Origin: Plasmodiophora brassicae
Lineage: Eukaryota
DNA length: 56,640 nucleotides
Direction of reading: 5' to 3'
Assembly: GCA_036867785.1 (NCBI GenBank)
Contig: CP145409.1
Coordinates: forward strand, 2,046,001 to 2,102,640
Position numbers and translations under genes: made by a program. Shown piece by piece: positions 1 to 10,862 of the stretch (position 1 is the stretch's first letter; each line of letters opens with the position of its first letter). The notes below the pieces were generated by a model, which ran no database searches, was not told the DNA's origin, and saw only the letters and a program-made list of their open reading frames with translations.

Positions 1-630
1 CCTCCCCGGTCCGCCTGGGGCGATCGCTCGTCGGCCTCATTAGCGATTTTGTGTGCGTTTGCGTGTGGGTGCTGTGCGTGTACGCGTGTGTTTGCGTATC
101 TGTGTTGTTGTCGGCGTGGGCGTGTGTGTGCGCGAGTATCGAGCAACTGCAACCGTCTTTGTCTATTAGAACGGGGCCAGCAGCGGTCTGCCTCGACCAG
201 AAAGGAGACAGCGTGCTGCCCACCCGTGCCGCGTGTGGTGGGCGTATGCTTGATGCTTAAAACGCGACGCGCCGATCTGAAAATCTCGGTACGGAACCGC
301 ATGCCTACCCTTCCTGATGTGCCTTTGTAATAACTCGGATCTCTACTCAGTGGTCTCTCGTTGTACTTTGCCTGCTCGAAACGTGCATCTGGGCACAACT
401 TGGTATTGCTGACGGTGGGCACGATTCGCACGGATCGTCGTACCTGAGCCGCGAGGTTGAAAACGTTGCGAACAACGGGGTCCAGGTGACCGAACTCGAA
501 CCGTTCCTCTTCTCGCCCCCTATCGAGCTACCGATTGTTCGGCCGCCTCCGAAGGTCTTCTATCCATCGCCGGTTCTACGGCCTTCGTCCCTAAAGCAGT
601 TCCTGCACGTGTCGTTTGAACCTCGTACGG

Positions 631-1598
631 ATGACGATGACGAAGGCGATGGCGCCGCCGGACGCGTCGCTGTTTGACGAGGTCGTCCTGCTTAACGACG
701 ACGTCGACCCGTTCGACACCTCCGTTATGATGACGATCTCGCCAAACGGATCGTCGTCGTGGAACTCGGATGATTCCGTGCAATCGCCCGCTCCACCGGC
801 GACGGTGGTCCCCCTTAAGGATCTGATCCAAGACCATGCTGTTAAGGTGCAACGTCTATCTCGCAAGGCGAAACTCGCACGGTATGGCTCGGTCGGTTGC
901 ACCTCGCTGTCATGTCAATCACACAGACTATCGTTGCTTTCAGGGACAATCGCAAGCGCAAGTCGAGCCGCCTGAATGAATTAGAAGCGGAGTGCACTGC
1001 GCTGCGGGCTGAAGTCGAACGTCTTCGAGGGCGCGAGCGCGAAACTCTTCGTTTGCTGCGAGAAGGAGGAGGCAACTGCTCCGTCCACGATTATATCGTC
1101 CGCCAGCACCTGCAGGACTTAGTCACGGCGCAGCAGCCGATGCATGGCTTTAACGAGACGCTGCTGGACCTGACAGCAGTGTATGACGAGAACGGCATGA
1201 TGCGACTTGAGGCGATCAAACGTGCGGCGATGGATCGCTCAAGCCCTCCCGAACGCTTCCTGGCCTGGGCCATGTCTCGTCTGAATCCATCGTTCTTCAC
1301 CGACGAGAACGGGATGTGGGTCAGCCTGTTCCAGAGGCGCCTCGGTCTATCGGACGTTCAGCTCCAGCGCCTGCGCGATCACGCGTGTCCGCTGGCGCAG
1401 GCGCAGTCTCGTGTGAAGATCGAGATCGAAGCCGAATTCGACGCCCTTCGTCAGCGCTGGGAGGCCTACGGGCACGACGCGCGTCGCCTACTCGGCGCCG
1501 TTCTCTCTACAATGACAGACGACCAGTTCGTCAAGTTGGTGGAATGGGTCGGCAACAACGAGATCTGCGTGAACCAGCTTATTCAGGAGCTGCCTTAG
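631..1598 (+). CDS. bZIP transcription factor with C-terminal helical (DOG1-like) domain; 2 exons
   Basis: GT-AG intron 882..943 joins ORFs 616 and 897 in frame. This gives the basic region and zipper RLSRKAKLARDNRKRKSSRLNELEAECTALRAEVERL. Start ATG 631 is assumed. Confidence 0.8.
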
Positions 1599-2927
1599 TT
1601 AATCGATTCGCTCCTATAGAATACTTTACGATGCGTCCGCGCATCGTCATTCGTCAATAAAGCACGGCATCATCGTCGTTAGACGTGAGCGCGACCGGAG
1701 CGAGTTGCAGGAATGTCCTCCTCGCGGAGCCGGCTCTCGCACGCCGACTTGGGTCGCTTCCCCGATCCCTGGGGCCTTCAGCAGCGTCTCCGCAACGGGA
1801 AGTGATTCATGTCTAGCGGCCAGGTGAGTTGAAGTCTCCTGGTTTCTGTAGCGCACTCCGACGAGTCGCTATCTAGCAACCTGCCTGACGATCGACGTGC
1901 CAGCTGGTCGCGTCACTTGATCAAGGCCGGCAGCGGTTGCCGCGGCGTCCATAGCGTAATGGCGTTCCCCATGCTGCCTACTTGTATTTAGGGCTAGATG
2001 TACTTATTCGCGTCAATTACCCGGATGTGTTTGGTGGTCTTAGAGCACCTCGACGGGCTCGACAGCTCAAGCTACCACTGCTTCTGTGCAATGCCAAAAA
2101 TCCAACACCACGCTCTGCAATATATGAGTCGCGCGCCCTAACGCGATTCCAGACTTCGGACTCCGCGGCGGACTCCGTGCGCGGACTCCGGTGGACCGCA
2201 TTGTCAATTGATTCGTCGCACGGTTCAAGAACGTACGCCGCTCGATGCTTGTAGGTAGTTATTTCTGAACACAATTCCTGCTCCGTGTAGTCCAGCCTCT
2301 AGAGCTGCTGTAACACCGAAGTCCCCACCGGCGCTGCAGCGGTGCTGTCCAATGGGCAGTCCTGTAGAGGCAGAGCAATTTGGAACACTTGGGCACTGGC
2401 CGGACTGTGAAGTGTCCATGATCAGAATCTTGTTGTCCACATCGTTTACTGTTGAACGTTTGACGTCAACGGACGCAGTCAACTAATTCGCGGCGTTCAC
2501 AGGTTGCTGAATGCTGGCATCGAGGAGTATCTCGTTCTCAGGTAAGGATACGTACCCGGTATTTTCAAGTTGCCCACACGATGATCGATTATTCATTCAA
2601 ATGTCTTCTTGCCATTGAGGAGGGGGTGATAGCCCTCCGAATGAAACCACTATTGCTCTGTTTCTGAGTGTGCCCCATTCATTTCGGTTTCAACGTGCCC
2701 ATTTCGCTCTGCAGCCAGGTCTGACGCAAATCCTGCTGTGCACATAGGTCGTCGTGCAGGTTCGCATTGCAGATGCCGTCTCACAGCGTAGCAACATAAT
2801 ATATAAACCGACCACTCATTCCTGTCCGCATAACGGCGTTGATCGTGCCCGCGCTGCGATACGTGCCTGTCGAACGCCCGCCCGGCTGGCTTCGACCGCC
2901 GTCGCGCGCGGTGCAAAACCTGACGAG

Positions 2928-4850
2928 ATGCATCTGATGTTCGTCGTCCTTGTCGTCGCCGGTGTCCACCTGGCGGCGGCCGGCCACGATTTCGAACGGG
3001 GCGCCCAGCACTACAAGGCGGGGCGCATGCGCCTGGCGGCGCTGGCGTTCGAACGGGCGGCGGCGTCGAACCCGGCCAGCACGGACGCGTATTGCAACGC
3101 TGCCATTGCGCATGGCGCCGCCGGCGACCTCGACGACGCCGTTCGGATTAGCGACGACGCGCTCAACGCCCCGGGCGTGGACGCTGGTGCTGTCCACGAC
3201 ACGCTCTGCTCGATCCTGTTGGCGCAGGCCGCCCGCGCCCACCGATCCATCGATGACCGCGAAATGGACCACCTGCTCCGGGTCTGGAACCTGACGATGC
3301 CGTCCAGGTCGGCCCCCGTCTACGTCGACCCGGCGTTCGTGGCCCGCTTGCGATCGTCGTGCTCGAAATCGTCGTCACTTGAGCACCGGGCGATGATGCA
3401 CCTGGCGCTGGAGGAGGAGCAGGACGCCATCGACCTCATCATGTCGTCATCGGATGCGTCCCCCGCCGATCCATTGAATGCCTTGCTGGACGAGGCCAAC
3501 GACATCCGGTACCGCCTCGGGATGGCGTGCGCTGAGAGCGCCATCGCCCTGATCGACCGCCCATCCTGGGCGTCTCGCAATCGCAGTATCGATCAGCGGC
3601 GCCTGGCGTCTGCCATACGCATTGCGGCGCCCGATCGCGTCGCCGACGCCAACCGTGCCGCCCGCCTCGCTGAGGAGCGCCGACTGGCGGAAGTCGGAGG
3701 CACCCGCAAGCTCTGTGCCCCGTTCACCGAACGGGTCCCGCTGCCGAATCCCGTCTGTGCACCCGGATCGTGGTACGGCCCGCCGGTCGTGGACGCCCTC
3801 GATGGCGTTCGCTTGCGATACCAGGAGCCGAGCCTCCAGGTCGTGCACGCGCGTGACGTGTTCATGGAGGGCGCGTCCGGCGTCGTGTACAATGACGAAT
3901 GCGTGTGGTTCAGCCGGCATAACTCCTGGCCGGACGACTTCGACGGCCGGGCGCTGGGCAAGGCGACTGTCCCTGTGTCTGGAACGATCTACAACGTCGG
4001 CGTCGACGTCGTGTGCAACAACTTCTACCACGTCGTCGCGGAGGGCCTATCACGTCTTGCGTTAACGCTGTATGCCGTTCCGGTTGGGCAGCGGCGTCTC
4101 CTGCTTCACGATTGCCCGCTCTGGCGGGACATCGCCGAGACGATCCTCCCGGGCCAGTCCGACGATGTCGTCTGGTACAGCACGGGCAGTGGCGCCCGGT
4201 TCGCAACGGGCACGCGGCGGTACCAGTTCGAGAACCTCCTGACGGTCGACTACGAACGCGACCGAACAGTCGACTCCTGGGCGGGATACTACCCGCCGAA
4301 AGCCGGCGTCGTCCTCGCTCGTCGTCTCGTCTTGCAGGCGGTCGCTGCCAGCAATGCTCGCCGTCCTGGCAAACGGGTCGTTTACGTGTCCCGATGCGAC
4401 GCGGGTTTACGAAGAGCGGTGGTCGGCGAAGAGCAGCTGCTAGCAGCGATCGCGACGGTCGTTGGTCGCGACTGTATGGACGTGTTCGTCGTCAGGCAGG
4501 ACCGTCGTCACCACCGTATCATTGATCAGGCGCGACGATTCGCGAACGCCGACCTGATCGTCGGCCCGCATGGCGCCGGTTTGACCAATATGATGTTCGC
4601 GCAGGACAAGGCGACGATTGTGTATCTCCCGACAGAGCCCATGGCGGATCACTGTTTCGGGAACCTTGCGGCCGCACTGGAGATGACGCTCCTGCCGGTG
4701 CGCAACGTCACTGCGTTCTATCGCGGCCCGTACCTGCTCGACGACGCCCTCGTCGACGCTGTCGTCAATGTGGTCCGCCGAGAGGTCGACCGCAGAGGGT
4801 GGCTTCCAGGGAATGTCTGTCGAGAAGAGAGCATACACGACGACCTGTAG
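2928..4850 (+). CDS. Signal-peptide TPR + glycosyltransferase family 61 (DUF563-like) protein
   Basis: Hydrophobic N-terminus MHLMFVVLVVAGVHLAAAG, then TPR-like helices (AYCNAAIAHGAAGDLDDA). GT61 motifs NFYHVVAE, VVYVSR and QARRFANADLIVGPHGAGLTNMMF follow. Confidence 0.85.
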   Translation: MHLMFVVLVVAGVHLAAAGHDFERGAQHYKAGRMRLAALAFERAAASNPASTDAYCNAAIAHGAAGDLDDAVRISDDALNAPGVDAGAVHDTLCSILLAQAARAHRSIDDREMDHLLRVWNLTMPSRSAPVYVDPAFVARLRSSCSKSSSLEHRAMMHLALEEEQDAIDLIMSSSDASPADPLNALLDEANDIRYRLGMACAESAIALIDRPSWASRNRSIDQRRLASAIRIAAPDRVADANRAARLAEERRLAEVGGTRKLCAPFTERVPLPNPVCAPGSWYGPPVVDALDGVRLRYQEPSLQVVHARDVFMEGASGVVYNDECVWFSRHNSWPDDFDGRALGKATVPVSGTIYNVGVDVVCNNFYHVVAEGLSRLALTLYAVPVGQRRLLLHDCPLWRDIAETILPGQSDDVVWYSTGSGARFATGTRRYQFENLLTVDYERDRTVDSWAGYYPPKAGVVLARRLVLQAVAASNARRPGKRVVYVSRCDAGLRRAVVGEEQLLAAIATVVGRDCMDVFVVRQDRRHHRIIDQARRFANADLIVGPHGAGLTNMMFAQDKATIVYLPTEPMADHCFGNLAAALEMTLLPVRNVTAFYRGPYLLDDALVDAVVNVVRREVDRRGWLPGNVCREESIHDDL

Positions 4851-4872
4851 CGCGCGACACGACATGTATGTA

Positions 4873-5756
4873 TTAGTCGGTGTGTAGGCCAGGGATATCT
4901 GGGGACGGTTCAGGAGGGCGCCCGGTGAGCCATGCCCACAGGTTGGCGACGCAGCGGCATGTGGGCGGGCGCTGCCCTAGCCGATCGTGCAACCGTACGT
5001 AGAACTCCTCGTCAACGTCCATGCCCAGTTGCGGCGTGTACACATGCGTCCTAACCCGGAACACCTGGTGAGGTCGCCTGGCGGGCCTGCCTGCACTGCC
5101 AAGGCATTACGCGTACCGATTGATATGTCTGTCGACGCTCCACTTCTGGACGACTTCCTCGGCAACGCACTTGAGCGCCTTGTTTTCGTAGCAGTTGCCG
5201 TCAAGCGGCGTCGTCAGACGGCCGGTCACGAAGCTGTGCGCAGAATCAGGCGATATCCATGGAGTGTTATCGAGCCATTTGCCGAGCACAACGGGTAGTT
5301 GCCCGCGGTACAGCGCGTCCCGATAGGCAGGCCATCGGCCAATGATGTCGGCCAGGTCGGCGTTCACGATGACAGTACTTCTCAGCGGTTCCCGGGTGAT
5401 TGGGGATTCGCAGCCCGGCGATTCACGCGTCAGGCACCTGGTGGCGGTTCAGCCTGGGCAGTGCTTGAAACAGCTAGCGAACCGCCGATCTGGACGTACC
5501 ATTTCTTAACCGCGCTCCATTCATAGGTGATCCCGTCCGATGCGACGACAGGATAGCGGAGCAACTCGGTGGTGATCGGGCAGGTCAGCGATACGGGCAG
5601 GTCGTGATCGATCTCCGGCGCGTCCCGCCAGGTCTGCCGTACGACCTCCTGGCGCAACCGCGACATCGGACCCACGGCCGTCACAACCAGCGCCCCCCAG
5701 GCCACCGATGCGCCGGTCGCGCTGAGCACCAGCAACAACGCACTCATGAGACGCAT
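4873..5756 (-). CDS. Predicted secreted U-box (E3 ubiquitin ligase) protein, multi-exon
   Basis: Signal peptide MRLMSALLLVLSATGASVAWG. Removing intron 5438..5499 gives a full U-box: LTCPITTELLRYPVVASDGITYEWSAVKKWCLTRESPGCESPITREPL..NADLADIIGRW. The 3' exon structure is approximate. Confidence 0.75.
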
Positions 5757-5967
5757 CGTTCTGGGAAAAAGCCCTGCCCACGGTCGCCCTTCACGCCACT
5801 GCGCTACGCCACTGCGGTGCGCGATTTATAGCGCCCCCCAGTCACTGCAACTGCAGCTGCGGCTGCCGCTCTTTCCAACGGTGCTTCCTGTCACGACCTC
5901 TGGCTGTGCCGCGCTGAGCGTGTACTGTTCTATAGTACAAACACGTAATACGGTGTGCGCGTATGGA

Positions 5968-7980
5968 TCAGCGGGCCGTGGGGTCGAACTCGTCCGCATC
6001 GGCGCGTGCAACGGCGGCGTAGATCTGCGACAGCATCGACACGGATCGTCGGACGGGCGATCGTAACGCCATGCGCGGCAGGCTCCCGCAGCGCGCCCTC
6101 ATCGACGACGTACGCTGGGCCGGCCTGCCACCTGGCATCGTTTCCAGCCCCGACAACGACACGGCCGAGTGGCGCCGGCCCATCGGCTCCAGGACGGTGC
6201 GCTTCTCGATCAGGTGCCGTGCGACGCGCAGGCGCCCGGCAACGGCATCGCGATCGGCGGTGCACGCATCCACGAGCGCATCGTCGTACCGGCTCAGGCG
6301 CAGGTGCGCCAGGGCGCGCGTTAGACGATCGTGCCATGTGTGCGATACCGCCTCCCGGGCGCGCTCCTGCCACCCGCACACGTCGTCTTCGACAACAAAG
6401 ACAACCTCGTTGTCGTCGTCGCCGTCCCCGTCGTCATCGTCACCTGCGAGGTTGTGGTCGCGGCACACGACGAGGTCGGGGTCGTGCGGGAACCGGCGCA
6501 GGGCGGCACGCACTTCCTGCCGCGCCTGTTCGTACGCACCGAGCGCGACGAGCGCCCGCACCCGGTACGTCATCGCCTCGACGTTCTCCGGCGCCAGGCG
6601 CAGGACCATCGTGCAGTCCTGCAGGACGACGGCGAAATCGGCGATCTCGAAGGCGGCACGGGCACGCGCCAGGTACGCGCCGGCGTCGGTGCCGTCGAGC
6701 ACGATGGCGGCCGTGAAATCGCGCATCGCCAGCCGGTACTGCTTCAGCGACGCCGACGCCAGGGCGCGTCCGCGTTCGACGAAGGCGCGCGCGAACCTGG
6801 GCTCGATGTTGATCGCGGCCGTGAAATCGCTAACGGCGGCCATGAACGCGCCGACACGCGCCTGGCAGCGCCCGCGCGTGAACCACGCGTACACGTCGTT
6901 CGGGTTCGCCGTCAGCGCCGCCGTGAAATCGCCGATCGCGTCCGGCCACCGCCGCATGCGACAGTACACGTCGCCGCGCTTCGTGTGCGCCATCGTCATG
7001 CCCGGCGCGATCCGCAGGCACGCGTCCAGGTCGGCGAGCGCGTCGCCGTACCTGCCCATGCGGAACAGGACCGTCGAGCGGTTCAGGAACACGGTGGGCG
7101 TGTCGGGGGACAGCTGGGCGGCCGCGTCAAAGTCGGCCAGGGCGTCGTCGAGGTTGTCCAGGCGGCAGTGGGAGCACCCGCGCGATTCCAGGAACCGGGC
7201 GGCGTCGAGCGGGTCGATGGCGATGGCGCGCGTGAAATCCTGGACGGCGTCGTCGAACCGGCGCAGCTCGTGGAACGTGTTGCCGCGGTTGAAGTGGGCC
7301 GAGGCCTGCCCCGGGTCCAGCTCGATCGACGTCGTGTAATCGCGGACGGCGTCGTCCAGGCGCCGCATCTGGCAGTACACGTTGCCGCGGTTGTAGTAGA
7401 TGACGGCCGTGCTCGGGTCCAGGTCGATCGCCGCGGACAGGTCGGCGATGGCGTCGTCGAACCGCCCCAGCTCGGTCAGCGCGTTGCCGCGGTTCATGTA
7501 GGCGGCGGGCGAGTTCGGCGCCCGGTCGATCGCCGCCGTCATGTCCCGTGCACATAGGTCGTACTCGGCGCAATCGTAGTGGACCAGGCCGCGCAGGTAG
7601 TACGCCTCGGCGAACGCCGGGTCGGCGTCGATCGCGGCCGTGAAGTCGGACACGGCGGCGTCGTACGCGCATTGCGAATGGTGGAGCAGGCCGCGTGACC
7701 GCAGGACGCGCGACACGCTGAACGGCGTGCGCGCCAGGCCCAGCGCCTGGTTCAGGTGGCGGGTGGCCTCGGCGGCCGCCTCGGGCGTCCCGGCCGCCAT
7801 GAAGCGCAGGCCGAGGCAGAGGTGGGCGGTGGCCGACCCCGCGTTCAGCAGGGCGGCGTCCTGGAACAGCTGCAGCGACCGAACGGTGTCGGCGGCGCGC
7901 GCGCACTGGATCCCTTCCAGGCAGAACTCATAGGCGAGGCGCGCCCCGTGCAGCGGCGTCGTCGCCACCGGCGGCGGCAT
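5968..7980 (-). CDS. Tetratricopeptide-repeat protein (many TPRs)
   Basis: Single long ORF with repeated 34-aa units, e.g. AYMNRGNALTELGRFDDAIADLSAAIDLDP and IYYNRGNVYCQMRRLDDAVRDYTTSIELDP. Confidence 0.9.
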   Translation of the reverse strand: MPPPVATTPLHGARLAYEFCLEGIQCARAADTVRSLQLFQDAALLNAGSATAHLCLGLRFMAAGTPEAAAEATRHLNQALGLARTPFSVSRVLRSRGLLHHSQCAYDAAVSDFTAAIDADPAFAEAYYLRGLVHYDCAEYDLCARDMTAAIDRAPNSPAAYMNRGNALTELGRFDDAIADLSAAIDLDPSTAVIYYNRGNVYCQMRRLDDAVRDYTTSIELDPGQASAHFNRGNTFHELRRFDDAVQDFTRAIAIDPLDAARFLESRGCSHCRLDNLDDALADFDAAAQLSPDTPTVFLNRSTVLFRMGRYGDALADLDACLRIAPGMTMAHTKRGDVYCRMRRWPDAIGDFTAALTANPNDVYAWFTRGRCQARVGAFMAAVSDFTAAINIEPRFARAFVERGRALASASLKQYRLAMRDFTAAIVLDGTDAGAYLARARAAFEIADFAVVLQDCTMVLRLAPENVEAMTYRVRALVALGAYEQARQEVRAALRRFPHDPDLVVCRDHNLAGDDDDGDGDDDNEVVFVVEDDVCGWQERAREAVSHTWHDRLTRALAHLRLSRYDDALVDACTADRDAVAGRLRVARHLIEKRTVLEPMGRRHSAVSLSGLETMPGGRPAQRTSSMRARCGSLPRMALRSPVRRSVSMLSQIYAAVARADADEFDPTAR

Positions 7981-8424
7981 CACCGACGTACCTACTATCG
8001 CTGCCGGACGGACGCGGCAACGCTTAAGATTGGGAATGAACCGCCCAGGTCGGGCATGGCCAAACGCGGCGCGCCGGCTGCAATCCAGGGCCTCGAGCGC
8101 TGTTTAACGTCGGGTGACCGGCGATTGATCCGCCCGACGCCAACCGGATTAGTCCCACCAGCGAACCATATCGGCCGGGAGCGGCGTCCAGGCTCGCCCC
8201 ATCGCATCTTACAGCTGCCAGCGCAAGGCCCTGTGGCGTTAGAAGCCGCCGTCGGCTCGAAGGCATGGCCGATGAAACCCAGATGGGACGGCCGTGCCTG
8301 GCGCTCCCGATCACCAGATCACGGGGACGCTGCCGCAAGGAGGCGGCGCGATTTCGACGATGCTACCTGGCCAGATCGACGATTGCACATCGTGCGGGTT
8401 TCCCGGCGGTCATCGACGTCGATA

Positions 8425-10657
8425 TTATACTGACACCCTGTTCGGCAGGATCGATGTCATGTGCGGATCGGCGTCCTGCGCCACGGACGTCGTCATCGTA
8501 TACGTTGCTGTCGACGACTTACCATCGGCGCCGCCGTCGTCCGTCCACGTCCCGGCCCCCGTCCTCGCCTCCACCGCGAACGACTGGTGGTCCGCTAACA
8601 ACGACCGATCCTCGCTTTCGCCTTCGCCTGCACCTTCCTTGCCGGGGCCCGCTTTCCTCGTCGCCAATGGCGGATCACCGCTATGGGGAAGGACGTACGC
8701 GTGCGTCTGGATGTAGCTGACGAACTCGCGGTACTCGTGGCTCTCGATGAATCGCGGATAGATCTCCTTGGCGATCAGCGCCCGCACCTGGCTCTTGGCG
8801 CTGTCGAACATGTCGAGCGTGATCGTCTCCTTCCGCTTGATCGCCGCCTTCAACGCGTCGACCACCAGCGACGACACGTTCACCTCGAGTTTCGCCTCGA
8901 CGCCAAAGTACGTCACGTAGATCGACCTGGCCCGAGCCGCCAGTTCCGTTTCGGACGCGTCCGCCGCTCGACTGAATTGCTCGCAGGCCCGCCAGAACAT
9001 GATGTTCTCGCCCGTGTGCTCCTTGGCGCAGAACTTGGTCATCATGGCGAACCCGACCGGGTGCAGGAGCAGGTCGGTCAGCGGGATATCCGCCACGTTC
9101 GACGTCCACCGCAGGCGCAGGCACGCGCCGGCCACCGGTTCCGTGCAATGGTCGCCGACGAAGAACCGGTGGAAGCTGGCGCTGTCTAACGTCATGAAGA
9201 CGCAGCGCGTCAGCGTGCGTATCGTCGCCATCCGCGGTGCGCTCCTCATCAAGGCCAGATCGCCGAAGTACGACCCGGCCTGCAGGTGCGTTGGTGTCTG
9301 TTCCGGGGTCGACGCCGCCAGGTTGGCCCTCCAGCTCATTTCGACCTCGCCGTGGACGATCAGGAAGAACTCGTGGCCGGCGTCGCCCTCGGCGCAGACG
9401 AGCGCGCCCGGTTCGTAGATGCGGATCTTGGCCGTCGACGCCAGCTTCACCAGCGACGCGTTCGACATGGACTCGAAGAACGGTGTCTGGTACCGTCTGA
9501 ACTGTTGCGCGACCCTCTCGGCGATACGCAGGTGCATCTCCTTGTTCAGACCATCGTTGAACGCTGCCGGTGCACACGTCAGTACGTGCTGAATGGGCCG
9601 TGTTTCGCACCCGATGTGTACAGAGAAGGCGGTCGAGGTCGTATTTGCTGATCTCGATGAGCAGGGACGTCTCAACGGCGATGACGTCTGCTGTCCTGGG
9701 CATCTGCAGGATCAGGGCCAGTTCGCCAAAGTACTGCCCCTTGATGAACCGGTTCAGGACGATCGACCGGGATGCCCCTGGCGCACGGGTGAGAACCAGC
9801 GCCCCGGATTCCCTACCAGCATTGCGAACCTCCAACGGCGTGCAATTCGCCGAGCATGACGATGAACAGGGAATCGCCCGTGTCACCTTCGCGTATGACG
9901 ACATCGCCCTTTTGAACGCCCCGGTAGTTGACGGTGTCGGCGATCAACGTTTGCAGGGAGCTGTCGATGCCGCGGAACAGGGGCGTCTCTTCCAGGATGG
10001 CAGGTGTCCGCGCCTGCAGGTCGATGTACTGAAGCAGGGGCAGTGGGCGACCACGACTGCCCGCTTGTCGGCGGTACGCTCGCACCAGCCCGCCCAGATC
10101 CGATCGCGACAATGTGAATAACAAAGCGCCCTTCACCCCTGCCGTCAGCGCGCGCTGTCGTACCCTTTCGTCGCTGATGACGTCGCCTCCCAGGAGCGCT
10201 CCAGGCAGCTTCTCGCAGAGCTCCTTGCCGGAACCATCGAGGACAATCATAGATCCTGGCCGAACGTAATTAAAATCGTATTGGAAAACACGTCATACGC
10301 GACGAACCTTCGGAGACGATGGCCCAGAAGTCGGCGCTGTCCCCGACGCGCCACAATGTCTCGTTCGGTGCAACGCGCCTTGCCTTGAACTTGTGCGACA
10401 GTTCAACGATGTCGTCGTCATCGTACTGTATGCGGAGGCACGAGTGCCGCAGGCATTGGACGGCTGCGCGATTCGCTGCCCAGTACAGCAGGCACCGTCT
10501 GAGCGGCGATCGTCGCATACGCCAACGACGGATGGGTGACCAGCGCGCCCGACCGCCCGCAGATATTGCAGGCGATCCACGTTACCGTACTCAGGCCAAT
10601 CATGGCCCCTACCAGGGTTATCGTATACAAGTGGCCATGTAGAGCAGCGCATCGCAC
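8425..10657 (-). CDS. Protein with three cyclic-nucleotide-binding domains and a C-terminal RGS domain; multi-exon
   Basis: CNB motifs GQYFGELAL..PRTADV and GSYFGDLAL..PRMATI, plus a degenerate third domain (LWRVGDSADFWAIVSEG). RGS motifs KEHTGENIMFW, ARSIYVTYF, LEVNVS and FDSAKSQV..EIYPRF. The 5' end is uncertain. Confidence 0.8.
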
Positions 10658-10862
10658 GTCCCCTGGTTGCCCCTGCTTCTAAGCTCCGCTGCGGCACTAT
10701 GCGGAGGCACAATACGCGCAGTAATGATCTGGGTGTCACCCTGTGACTGTCAATTAGCCCCTTTCCTACAGGTCGGTGCTGGTGTGACGTGTACCCGGCA
10801 TAGGCGAGCGCCCTACCTAGGTGGTGGTGATTCATGCGGCGTCGATAGCCACGCGCGTCTCA

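Noticed and set aside
48-135. GT-rich low-complexity tract and Cys/Val-rich ORFs
   Set aside because: Imperfect microsatellite-like intergenic DNA. The ORFs are compositional by-products.
2157-2190. Three copies of CGGACTCCG
   Set aside because: Short, GC-rich and without supporting context, so plausibly slippage.
5955-7557. Long plus-strand ORFs opposite the TPR gene (similar ones lie opposite the S53, RasGEF and MORN genes)
   Set aside because: Antisense shadows of GC-rich codon usage, giving Arg/Ala/Val-rich translations without motifs.
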